DNA of 32,209 bases from positions 1-32,209 of IMG/VR virus record IMGVR_UViG_3300000103_000002. One strand, written 5' to 3'. The position numbers and the translations under genes are program-made. The stretch's first letter is position 1. Each line of letters begins with the position of its first letter. The stretch comes from a virus. The notes under the pieces are model-generated. The model was not told where the DNA came from and ran no database searches. It was given only the letters and a program-made list of their open reading frames with translations. This document shows, one piece after another, positions 1 to 7,915 of this stretch.

Positions 1-85
1 AGACGGAGACCGACTTATGGAGCTGAAGAAATTTTCATACAGAACAGAATCGTTATTAAACATAATAACAAATAAATTAATCAAA
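1..85. repeat. Terminal direct repeat, copy 1 (identical to 32125-32209)
   Basis: The first 85 nt (agacggagaccgacttatggagctgaag...ttaatcaaa) match the last 85 nt of the window base for base. The repeat spans the rep RBS and start codon. Confidence 0.95.
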
Positions 86-1042
86 GAAGGTAAATGGATA
101 GAAGGCAGGCCGTGGGTAAGTATTACACAGAAGCATTTATCTAAGATATTGAAATGTACGGAAAGATGCGCGTTAAATCACATAAAGAAATTAATTGAGG
201 CAGGCATTTTATTAAAAGAGCAATTTAATGTACAAGATTGTGATCGAAGTAATTTTTATTCTATCGATTTGTCAGTTGTGGATAACTCGAATTTGATGGT
301 ATTTTTTTCACGTTCGATACTGAAAAAAATTCATGACATATATAGTATTATTAATAAATCATATAATAAATCAATCAAGACAACTTGGTGTTCTAAAAAA
401 GAAAAAGCAGTTAAAGATCGGAAGAAATCTGACGAAGATATAATCAACGATGAAATAATAGATCGCTTTAGCGTGGAAGAGAGACTGGTTTACGACAGTA
501 TCAAGCCTACTATAGTACAGGACATGCTTGCGATATGGCGGGAACATATTGACCCAAACGAACAAGGAGAGCCATTGAAGTATAAATATTTATACACAGT
601 TTACATGGAGAAGTTTGATAGATCATTAAGGAGATGGAAAGAGTATGTAATAGGGCTGAAAAACAGTAAATGGATTATGAAATTTCGAGAAACGTGTAGT
701 TATTTTATGATGTGGTCGTTGAAATACAAGGTTATTAACAGGATATTTGCGGGAGGTTTTGGGGTTACTCTTGGGGAGGTGTTAGGAGTTAAGCCTAAGG
801 TTGCTTCCGAAGAAGATCACATAGGAGATTTGGAAAAAGACGAAGAATGCCTAGATGTACGCAAAGAAGCGTTAAGGAAGTATGGAAGTTCTGTATATTT
901 TTGTTGGTTTTCCAGATTACGTTTTGAGAAAAAAGCAGGATCAGAAGGTGTTGTTGTGAATGCTCCGTCGCAATTTGTTTTAGATTGGGTAATGAATAAT
1001 TACTTTACAGACAAGAGATTTACGAGAGGTATTTATGTATGA
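17..1042 (+). CDS. Replication initiator-like protein: N-terminal winged-helix/HTH region plus C-terminal DnaA domain-I-like motif
   Basis: 341-aa ORF. The N-terminus (ITQKHLSKILKCTERCALNHIKKLIEAGIL) looks like a wHTH. The C-terminus (YFCWFSRLRF...VVVNAPSQFVLDWVMNNYF) resembles E. coli DnaA domain I (FSMWIRPL...LYAPNRFVLDWVRDKYL). It is translationally coupled (ATGA) to the next gene, and iteron-like repeats lie upstream in the circular map. Confidence 0.6.
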   Translation: MELKKFSYRTESLLNIITNKLIKEGKWIEGRPWVSITQKHLSKILKCTERCALNHIKKLIEAGILLKEQFNVQDCDRSNFYSIDLSVVDNSNLMVFFSRSILKKIHDIYSIINKSYNKSIKTTWCSKKEKAVKDRKKSDEDIINDEIIDRFSVEERLVYDSIKPTIVQDMLAIWREHIDPNEQGEPLKYKYLYTVYMEKFDRSLRRWKEYVIGLKNSKWIMKFRETCSYFMMWSLKYKVINRIFAGGFGVTLGEVLGVKPKVASEEDHIGDLEKDEECLDVRKEALRKYGSSVYFCWFSRLRFEKKAGSEGVVVNAPSQFVLDWVMNNYFTDKRFTRGIYV

Positions 1043-1281
1043 AAAACAGACGCGATGAGGAAGATATTCTTATAGGAATCAACATAAAATTAGCCCGTAG
1101 GTTTAGAAGAGTGTCTCAAATGGAATTAGGAAAATTGTTAGGAATAACGTATCAACAGATACAGAAGTACGAGAGCGGTAAGAGCAGGATATCTGCGCTT
1201 TATTTATACAAGATATCGAGGAAATTAGAGTTTCCGTTAGCATTTTTTTTCACACCTCACATGGAGTATAAACATGAGTAA
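1039..1281 (+). CDS. XRE-family helix-turn-helix transcriptional regulator (Cro/CI-like)
   Basis: Classic HTH_3 signature: IKLARRFRRVSQMELGKLLGITYQQIQKYESGKSRIS. ATGA start overlap with rep. Confidence 0.8.
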   Translation: MKNRRDEEDILIGINIKLARRFRRVSQMELGKLLGITYQQIQKYESGKSRISALYLYKISRKLEFPLAFFFTPHMEYKHE

Positions 1282-1525
1282 TATATATCATTTACAAGGG
1301 CTTCGTTTAAAGATGAGCAGTCTTCCGTATGAGGAGTTTTTGAAAGCGTCTTATGATCATTTACTGCATATGAGTAAGGAATTAGATAATCCGGAAGAAA
1401 TGACAAAAGCGAAGATAGCGAAGAAGTCCTTAGAGACATTGGTAATCACAACCATGATAGAAATAAAAGAAAAGTTATATAGAATTGAAATGGAGAATAA
1501 TAATGCCGAGAATCCACCCACTTAA
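1274..1525 (+). CDS. Hypothetical early protein
   Basis: 83-aa ORF whose start overlaps the XRE stop (ATGAGTAA). Predicted helical. No recognisable motif. Confidence 0.5.
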   Translation: MSNIYHLQGLRLKMSSLPYEEFLKASYDHLLHMSKELDNPEEMTKAKIAKKSLETLVITTMIEIKEKLYRIEMENNNAENPPT

Positions 1526-1862
1526 GAAATACAATACGATTAAAGCAAGATGCGAAAGCGAAGACGCGTATACAAACGAGATAAGAAACGGAACAGCTGT
1601 GTCCTTCAAAGCAATTTTGATAGATGATCATGGTAATACAACGCTTCCGGTGAGAGCGGTATCATTTAATCCGAAAGATGAACTGGCGGCAAAGGTAGAA
1701 GCGCTTAAGAATGGAGAGATATTTGTTGTTTTAGGAGAGGTTAAAATGGCGGTTAATTCGTCTTATTCAGATGATTTGATAATCAAGGATATAAATCCTG
1801 CTGAATCACATATAAACGATTTACCTGTCGAAAATATGCCTAACGATGATATGCCGTTTTAG
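1503..1862 (+). CDS. SSB-like single-stranded DNA-binding protein (short, acidic C-terminal tip)
   Basis: I prefer the ATG at 1503 (GGAGA RBS at 1492-1496) over the TTG at 1485. The C-terminus ...NMPNDDMPF mimics the bacterial SSB tip DDDIPF. The beta-rich body is compatible with an OB fold. It sits in the replication module. Confidence 0.5.
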   Translation: MPRIHPLKKYNTIKARCESEDAYTNEIRNGTAVSFKAILIDDHGNTTLPVRAVSFNPKDELAAKVEALKNGEIFVVLGEVKMAVNSSYSDDLIIKDINPAESHINDLPVENMPNDDMPF

Positions 1863-1911
1863 ATGAGATTTGACAGTTTTATTCTGTTGGTCTAGGAAAG
1901 CGAAATTTTGG

Positions 1912-2364
1912 CTAATTCTCTTGACATCCCTCTTTTGGTTCTGGCGGAGTGTATTTGCCGTTTTCTGCTGATTGAGGCATTGAATTAATGATAAAAGTTC
2001 GTGACAATCCATCGATGATTGAGTCCTCTTTTCCGTTTATATAATTCATGCAGAACTGTATATGCGGGACACTGTTTTTAATTTTTTCATTTGTAGCGAT
2101 ACGCATTATGTAGTCAGCCATAATTTCGTCTTTTATTTCTTTTGTGCGTCTTTCTCCGTATTGTTCTGGTATAGTTCCTGGGTAATTTTTCATAACTTCC
2201 TTAACTATTTCGCCGTCTGGATATGTACGGATAGTTCCAAAGGGTCGATACTTAAGATATTTCAAAAAATCTTTTGTTATCTGTATTAGTTCACTTTCAG
2301 ACAATCGCAGTTCTTTCGCTTTTTTTAATAGTTCCGATTCTGAGAGTTTGTATTTGTAGTCCAT
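1912..2364 (-). CDS. Hypothetical protein, lone minus-strand gene divergent from terL
   Basis: 150-aa ORF with an internal LSESEL duplication (KLSESELLKKAKELRLSESELIQI). No family recognised. Confidence 0.55.
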   Translation of the reverse strand: MDYKYKLSESELLKKAKELRLSESELIQITKDFLKYLKYRPFGTIRTYPDGEIVKEVMKNYPGTIPEQYGERRTKEIKDEIMADYIMRIATNEKIKNSVPHIQFCMNYINGKEDSIIDGLSRTFIINSMPQSAENGKYTPPEPKEGCQEN

Positions 2365-2376
2365 TTATTAACTATT

Positions 2377-2385
2377 TGTTATAAT
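2377..2385 (+). promoter_or_regulatory. Candidate extended -10 promoter (TGTTATAAT) upstream of terL
   Basis: TGTTATAAT lies 33 nt upstream of the terL ATG. The -35 is weak. The same TGTTATAWT-type element recurs before other operon starts. Confidence 0.35.
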
Positions 2386-2417
2386 TGAATAAAATTATAG
2401 CGTATTAAAGGATATTT

Positions 2418-3719
2418 ATGAAAGAAAACAATTTTGCAGTAAGGAAGGAGTTTGATTTTTTATTTACGAGCAGTAGCCCGAACATATCGGTAGTGGCGGC
2501 GAGAGGGTCTGGAAAGACAGTTGCGGCATTGCAGATGATTATTCATAGATTGTTATCTGGGAATTCAAATGCACAAGCGGTATTTTTTTCGAACACATTA
2601 GGGCAGGCAAGATATACAACAGAAGCTTTCATGAGATCGAAGATGCTTGAATATCCTGATAAGTTTTTGGAATACAACAAGTCGGAGCATGTATACAAAT
2701 TTAATATTAGTAAAGAAGACATAAGAGAATTAAAACTTTTGTCCTACGAGAATCCTGATACCAAAAGAGGATATCACCCTGAAACAATAGTTTTAGATGA
2801 ATGCGCATCAATGCCGATAAACATGTTTGATGAAATTATAACTCCTATGCTTCCTACTGATACCAGTCCTTACCGTCTATTAGCGATTGGAACGGCTCAA
2901 GGAAGGAACAAGTTTTATGATTTATGGAGCAGAGGAAGAGATATTAATTTTCCGGATTGGGAGTCATATACAATCAAGGCAACCAACTGTGATTTGTTCG
3001 ATAGATCAGAGTTAAAAAAAAGAAAACTATCAATGACCGCAGCTGCTTTCGCTCAAGAATACGAATGCGACTTCAACGCTAACGTCTTGGTTAACTCTGT
3101 ATATGGTCATTACATGGATTTGTATACAGCTAAGAACATAGACGATAAATACGACTATAATTCGTCTTTGCCTGTGTGGACATCGTGGGATCTAGGTCAC
3201 AGCGATCAAACGGCGATATGGTTTTTTCAGGTTAACGGCGATGTGGTTACGTTTATAGATTATTTTGAGGATAGTAAATACGATATTACGTATTATGCGA
3301 ACGAGGTATTATCAAAGCCGTATAGTTATCGTAAAGCGATACTTCCTTGGGACGCTAGATCAAGGAATCTATTGAGTCCTGTAAATATTTCTCAGATGCT
3401 GGAGACATACGGAATTAAGAACGAGGTATTACAGAACACGTCGGTTAAAGCGGGCATAGATTCAGCGAGATTACTTCTCAAAACGGCGAGATTTAATAAA
3501 ACTAAATGCGCTAAGGGTCTGCATCATTTGAAGTCATATAAATTCAAAATTAATTACAAGACGGGAGTGGATGATCAGACACCGTTACATGACGAACATA
3601 GCGATGGTTCGGACGCGTTTAGATACGCTGCAGCGGGAAAATATTTATGGAATGCTAATAAAAACAATGGTATAATTGTTCCAATAAGGCGAGATTACAA
3701 TGTTTTAGGAATATTGTAA
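2418..3719 (+). CDS. terL: Terminase large subunit
   Basis: Walker A (AARGSGKTVA), Walker B (ETIVLDECASM), and C-terminal RNaseH-like nuclease motifs (WDLGHSDQTAIWFFQ, HDEHSDGSDAFRY). Confidence 0.95.
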   Translation: MKENNFAVRKEFDFLFTSSSPNISVVAARGSGKTVAALQMIIHRLLSGNSNAQAVFFSNTLGQARYTTEAFMRSKMLEYPDKFLEYNKSEHVYKFNISKEDIRELKLLSYENPDTKRGYHPETIVLDECASMPINMFDEIITPMLPTDTSPYRLLAIGTAQGRNKFYDLWSRGRDINFPDWESYTIKATNCDLFDRSELKKRKLSMTAAAFAQEYECDFNANVLVNSVYGHYMDLYTAKNIDDKYDYNSSLPVWTSWDLGHSDQTAIWFFQVNGDVVTFIDYFEDSKYDITYYANEVLSKPYSYRKAILPWDARSRNLLSPVNISQMLETYGIKNEVLQNTSVKAGIDSARLLLKTARFNKTKCAKGLHHLKSYKFKINYKTGVDDQTPLHDEHSDGSDAFRYAAAGKYLWNANKNNGIIVPIRRDYNVLGIL

Positions 3720-3730
3720 GGGGTAGGGAT

Positions 3731-3961
3731 ATGGCATTACCAATAGGGGCGATAATGAAAGCATTACCGGTAATTGCGCCAGTTGGATCTGATATAGGAA
3801 GACTGGTAGGCGGAGGTATGCAAAAATTAGGAAACAGAATTACTGGAGACGGAACGAACAAACATAAGCGGAGATTTGGTAATTTTCTGAGCGGCTTAGG
3901 TGGCATAGTGGGAAAGATAGCGAGTGGTATCGGCAGCATATTCGCACCTAGAGAAGAGTAG
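3731..3961 (+). CDS. Small glycine-rich amphipathic protein
   Basis: 76 aa. GNFLSGLGGIVGKIASGIGSIF is a glycine-zipper or antimicrobial-peptide-like segment. RBS present; follows terL directly. Confidence 0.6.
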   Translation: MALPIGAIMKALPVIAPVGSDIGRLVGGGMQKLGNRITGDGTNKHKRRFGNFLSGLGGIVGKIASGIGSIFAPREE

Positions 3962-3972
3962 AGGTAAAAGCT

Positions 3973-4569
3973 ATGATTAAAACATTATTTTCCAATGGCC
4001 CTATGAGCATGGTTCCATTAAATTTAATAGCTCCGAGACTTAGGAGATTTTCAGCTAGCAATGCAGGTAATATGGGAGGAAATCCTGATTTGTCGAGAGC
4101 AAACATGAGTTCCATGGATACAGGAATTGGCAGACCGTCAGCAGTGTCAGAAATACTCCAAAGACCAATATCGCAGCCTGGACCTGGGGGTATTTTTAGA
4201 CAACCTTTCAATGCAGGCAATATGGGAGGAGATCTTGATTTTTTGTCGAGAGCAACCATAGGGCCTCTGACATCACTAACGGGACCTGGTGGCGTTAGAA
4301 GATTCGGACCAACTCCTTATCCTAATTTAATGCCAAGCATAAACAGAAGACCAATATCGCAGCCTGGACTTGGGGGTATAACGCCTCAATTTGATGGTAC
4401 TGGATCTACGAACCCTGGTTATATTAATCCATTGCAGCTTGGACCTGGTGGTATACCTCGATTTAGGTTTTTTTGTGGAACTGGGGCCGGTGGTATCAGG
4501 CCATCGCAGCCTGGATTTGGGGGTGCTTTGAGACCAACTAGGAACATATCTGGCATAAGAGGATTATAA
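3973..4569 (+). CDS. Gly/Pro-rich repeat protein (PGxGG repeats)
   Basis: 198 aa with six PGxGG(I/V) units (QPGPGGI, TGPGGV, QPGLGGI, LGPGGI, GAGGI, QPGFGGA) and a duplicated NAGNMGG...LSRA unit. The near-identical 32-nt repeats at 4162-4193 and 4348-4379 differ at one base. Confidence 0.6.
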   Translation: MIKTLFSNGPMSMVPLNLIAPRLRRFSASNAGNMGGNPDLSRANMSSMDTGIGRPSAVSEILQRPISQPGPGGIFRQPFNAGNMGGDLDFLSRATIGPLTSLTGPGGVRRFGPTPYPNLMPSINRRPISQPGLGGITPQFDGTGSTNPGYINPLQLGPGGIPRFRFFCGTGAGGIRPSQPGFGGALRPTRNISGIRGL

Positions 4570-4570
4570 A

Positions 4571-4711
4571 ATGCCAAAACGTTGGGGTTCTTCTACGCGA
4601 ACTGATATGATAACAGGCGGATTACAATTGGCTGGGCAAGGTATTTGGAATTGGCTTAGACCGCCCATCTGCAGCGCCAACAGCGCCACCCGTGCGACCT
4701 GCACAAACTGA
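4571..4711 (+). CDS. 46-codon ORF with a good RBS; probable true 5' part of the next gene (frame change needed)
   Basis: ATG at 4571 is preceded by AGAGGA (4558-4563). It encodes MPKRWGSSTRTDMITGGLQLAGQGIWNWL... and stops at 4709-4711, overlapping the +1 frame that carries the 4692 ORF. Confidence 0.4.
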   Translation: MPKRWGSSTRTDMITGGLQLAGQGIWNWLRPPICSANSATRATCTN

Positions 4712-5159
4712 CCTTGCCGGAGTAGCAACTGCAGTTGGCAGATGGCTTGGATCAGGAAGGAGAGGCGACTGGATACGAGGAGCAGGAGCTCAAGCAGGCG
4801 AAGCAGCGGAAATAGCAGGAGAACTTCCTGGCAGAGCGGCACAGGCGGCAGGTAGAGGAGCAGGTCACGCGGCGGTTGGAATAGCAAACTTATTAGGTGA
4901 CAGCGGAACTGAAAAAGTAGGTGAATTATTAGGCAAAGGAGCAACTGAGATAGCTGCAATAGCTGGAGGAGCAGGAGAAAGCAGAGCAGGCTGCCTGTTT
5001 AGCAATATAGGCAGAATCCCAGGGGTTAGTTTTTTAGGTAAAGCAATAAAAGGGATAGCAGAAACCGGAGCTAGAGGTGTAGGTAGTAAATTAGGTAGAA
5101 TTGCCAGCTTTATCGGTCATGGTATCAAAAGCATTTTTGGGAAAGTAAGAGGAGCATAA
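4692..5159 (+). CDS. Gly/Ala-rich protein with amphipathic C-terminus (start doubtful; likely fused to 4571 ORF)
   Basis: 155-aa ORF with no internal Met. Its only start is a GTG with no RBS, yet its frame is open from 4614. The C-terminus (FLGKAIKGIAETGARGVGSKLGRIASFIGHGIKSIFGKV) is amphipathic. Confidence 0.55.
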   Translation: MRPAQTDLAGVATAVGRWLGSGRRGDWIRGAGAQAGEAAEIAGELPGRAAQAAGRGAGHAAVGIANLLGDSGTEKVGELLGKGATEIAAIAGGAGESRAGCLFSNIGRIPGVSFLGKAIKGIAETGARGVGSKLGRIASFIGHGIKSIFGKVRGA

Positions 5160-5243
5160 TGGGCATTAAATTAGACCGTGGGAGATGGAGCGGAGAACGC
5201 GATTTTAAGCAGATTGAACCAGTTTAATTGAGATGGAGTTCTT

Positions 5244-5783
5244 ATGGACTTAGGAACTATTATGCAGCTTGGTAACTTTGCTATGGGGTTATTTGGATCT
5301 TTCAGCGCTAGGAATACCTATAATCGTCAAGCGGCGCATTATGAACGAGAAGCGGCGTTAAATAGTCAGATAGGAGCGTTTAACGCTGAAGTAGCGGAAC
5401 GTACTGGTTCAGAATCGGTAGCGGCGATCGCTCATCAAACTAAAAAGATATTAGGAGCTCAAAGAAACGAGTTTGCTCGCAGAGGTATATCTATGGAGGG
5501 ATCTCCGATGTTTGTTATGGGAGAGACTATTACCATGGGTTCTAAGCAAGCTCAAGAAGCGTATTTTAACGCTCAGGTAAGAAAAACAAACGCGTTGTAC
5601 GCGTCATATGGAGCGACTGCCACTGCTTCTGCTAATGCTGAAAGGGCGCACGGTGGAGCTATGCAAGAAAATTTCAATATATTTAAGCAGTTTAAGCAAG
5701 GAGCTCAAAACCTTAGATCATCGATGGCTATTCAGGAAAACCAGCAAAGCTTTCGTAGTTTAATGTTTGGAAATAGTGTGTAA
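5244..5783 (+). CDS. Putative internal virion/ejection protein (gp14-position)
   Basis: 179 aa with an N-terminal hydrophobic segment (LGNFAMGLFGSF). Its position is immediately upstream of two large internal-protein-like genes and the T7-type fibre. The function is positional inference. Confidence 0.5.
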   Translation: MDLGTIMQLGNFAMGLFGSFSARNTYNRQAAHYEREAALNSQIGAFNAEVAERTGSESVAAIAHQTKKILGAQRNEFARRGISMEGSPMFVMGETITMGSKQAQEAYFNAQVRKTNALYASYGATATASANAERAHGGAMQENFNIFKQFKQGAQNLRSSMAIQENQQSFRSLMFGNSV

Positions 5784-5788
5784 ATAAA

Positions 5789-7915
5789 ATGCCTAGATTA
5801 GAGCCGAGATTAGATAATTCAGATGACGTAAGTTCGCAAGCAGCTAGAGGAAGAGGCAACAGCGGGTTGCCAACGGCTAATGTATATATACCTAATTATC
5901 ATGGCGTTAATCAATTATTGACAAGAGCTGGCGGAGATGGAGCGATAGCGTTTGGAGACGCTCTTGCCGCTCATTCAATGCGAGATATGGAGGCTCATCA
6001 AGCTGTATATGACAATTTAGAATCAACGTCTGCGATGGTTCTTGTTAACGAGAAGATAAATCGAGATTCCAGAGAGTTTAAGGAATCGAACCCGTCAGGC
6101 AAAGGATATCAGCAATACATAACGGAACAATATAAGAAATACACTGACGAAGCTATGGCTAACGCTAGTAATCCTACTGTATCTCAGAATCTGCAAATGT
6201 TTACTATGAAAGGTATGGTTGATTGGGCAAACAAAAGTTTCAAAGAAGAAGCTACGTTAAGAACCTCATACGCGTTTCGTGAAACGGATAAAAATAACCA
6301 GATATTATTAAATAATATACATATTAATCCAGATAATTTTGGGAGTTTATTTGAGCAATACAAAGCGTCTGTTAATACAATGTCTGGAATATTACCTAAA
6401 GGCCAATTTGAAACATACCAAGCTGATGCGTATCACAATGCTATATATGCTTATGGTCTTGGTTTAATAGAAAAAGATCCTCATCAGGCGAAAGAACTAT
6501 TAAAAGGAGATGTCTTTGTTAATGGACTTCCAGCAGATAAATTTAGTAACTTATCTCGTCATGCTGATGTAGCAATTCGATCAGAGGAAAGTAATAGACG
6601 GCTAGTAGCCGCAATCGCTGATAGAAACGAAAAAGCGCATCAAGATGTTAATACTGCAAAATTAGATGGATTAATTGAAGCTGGAGCTGCTTCTCATAAA
6701 ACAATCGATGAGTTCGATATCAGCGATACCCAAAGAGAACGAGCATATAACAAGCTTGCTAAGTACGAAAGACAGCAGGAAGAAAAGCAGAAAGATCAAG
6801 TTGAGATATCTACTCGCGTTTCCGAGGGAACTCCTCTTACCGGAATAAGTGAGCAAGCTCAAGTGGAATATTACAGAAATGCTGTTAGACAGATGAGACA
6901 GAGTAATCCTGATAATCCACCTACAATAATGGATAAAGCTATGGTTGCTACAAATATGAAAGCAACGGCGCAGATAGACGATCTTGTAGCTGATATACAG
7001 CAGATAATGAGCAACGGCACGGCTTCTGAAGCTGTACAAGCGGCGTTTGCTTTGAATTATTTGAGAGATACTAATGTAATCACAATTGGTAAGATAGGTT
7101 CAGAGTATAAGTACTTTGCGGACGAAGTAGAGAGAAACGCTATATTCGAAGGATCAGAAGCAAAGAACGCGCAGGTGGTTGTTGACAATGCCAGGGGTTT
7201 ATATTTCTCTCCTGTTACAGAACAAACGATAAAAGATCATAAAGCAGCATATTCTCAATATACAGAAAACGGAAAACTCAAAGGAGTTATTAATGAGATA
7301 GTTGATGACTTCACAACAGAAGGATTCATTCGTAAGACAATACATCCATCGATGGAAAGAAGCATACGATCTGACGCCGAAAGGCTTTTGCAGGAAGCGT
7401 TTATGGCTGGAGCTAGAGGAGACGACGCTAAGCGATCAGTAATGAATTCTTTAAAAAGAACGTATACAAGCACAGATATAAACGGTTCTCCGCAATATAT
7501 GAAGTTCGCTCCTGAGGCTATGTATCCTCAATACAGAGATACGCATTTTATAAAAAACAATTATGCGGAAAGTGTTCAATCTCTTGTTGATGCTGCATCC
7601 AAGAATAGCAGCGTTTATACTGGAACTCCCGTTAGATTAAAGAACCCACTTATTAGACAATATGCCGATCCGAATCGGAAGTTCCAAACCGACTTGACTA
7701 CTGGAAATGTGCCTGTTATTGAGGCTGATATAGATGGAAAATGGGAAGCTAGAGAAGTTTATATAGAGCCTGCGCCACATCAAATAGGCACTTATAATGC
7801 ATATTTTCTATATGAAAATGGTAAGTTTATGACCAAAAGATACCTCAAAAAAGTGTATAAAAACGCTCAAGGACACGTAGTCACAAGCCCACAAAACGCA
7901 AGGATTGCATTCTAA
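5789..7915 (+). CDS. Putative internal virion protein (gp15-position)
   Basis: 708 aa, mostly helical. The TAATG overlap with the next gene indicates coupling. Its size and order mimic T7 gp15 (747 aa). No catalytic motif seen. Confidence 0.55.
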   Translation: MPRLEPRLDNSDDVSSQAARGRGNSGLPTANVYIPNYHGVNQLLTRAGGDGAIAFGDALAAHSMRDMEAHQAVYDNLESTSAMVLVNEKINRDSREFKESNPSGKGYQQYITEQYKKYTDEAMANASNPTVSQNLQMFTMKGMVDWANKSFKEEATLRTSYAFRETDKNNQILLNNIHINPDNFGSLFEQYKASVNTMSGILPKGQFETYQADAYHNAIYAYGLGLIEKDPHQAKELLKGDVFVNGLPADKFSNLSRHADVAIRSEESNRRLVAAIADRNEKAHQDVNTAKLDGLIEAGAASHKTIDEFDISDTQRERAYNKLAKYERQQEEKQKDQVEISTRVSEGTPLTGISEQAQVEYYRNAVRQMRQSNPDNPPTIMDKAMVATNMKATAQIDDLVADIQQIMSNGTASEAVQAAFALNYLRDTNVITIGKIGSEYKYFADEVERNAIFEGSEAKNAQVVVDNARGLYFSPVTEQTIKDHKAAYSQYTENGKLKGVINEIVDDFTTEGFIRKTIHPSMERSIRSDAERLLQEAFMAGARGDDAKRSVMNSLKRTYTSTDINGSPQYMKFAPEAMYPQYRDTHFIKNNYAESVQSLVDAASKNSSVYTGTPVRLKNPLIRQYADPNRKFQTDLTTGNVPVIEADIDGKWEAREVYIEPAPHQIGTYNAYFLYENGKFMTKRYLKKVYKNAQGHVVTSPQNARIAF

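Noticed and set aside
1-85. Interpreting the 85-bp terminal repeat as a T7-like physical direct terminal repeat
   Set aside because: It is not excluded. However, the repeat cuts through the rep RBS and first 23 codons and has no flanking packaging-signal features that I can see, so circular-assembly overlap is the more economical reading.
4564-4959. 131-aa minus-strand ORF (also 3655-3939 and 3948-4259 on the minus strand)
   Set aside because: These are shadow ORFs opposite Gly/Ala/Pro-rich coding sequence. Their products are Leu/Gln/Pro-rich low-complexity, they have no RBS, and they fully overlap better-supported plus-strand genes.
4600-5160. Locally GC-rich island as evidence of horizontal acquisition
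   Set aside because: The GC rise is fully explained by the Gly (GGN), Ala (GCN) and Pro (CCN) content of the encoded proteins. The same effect is seen at 15309-15700.
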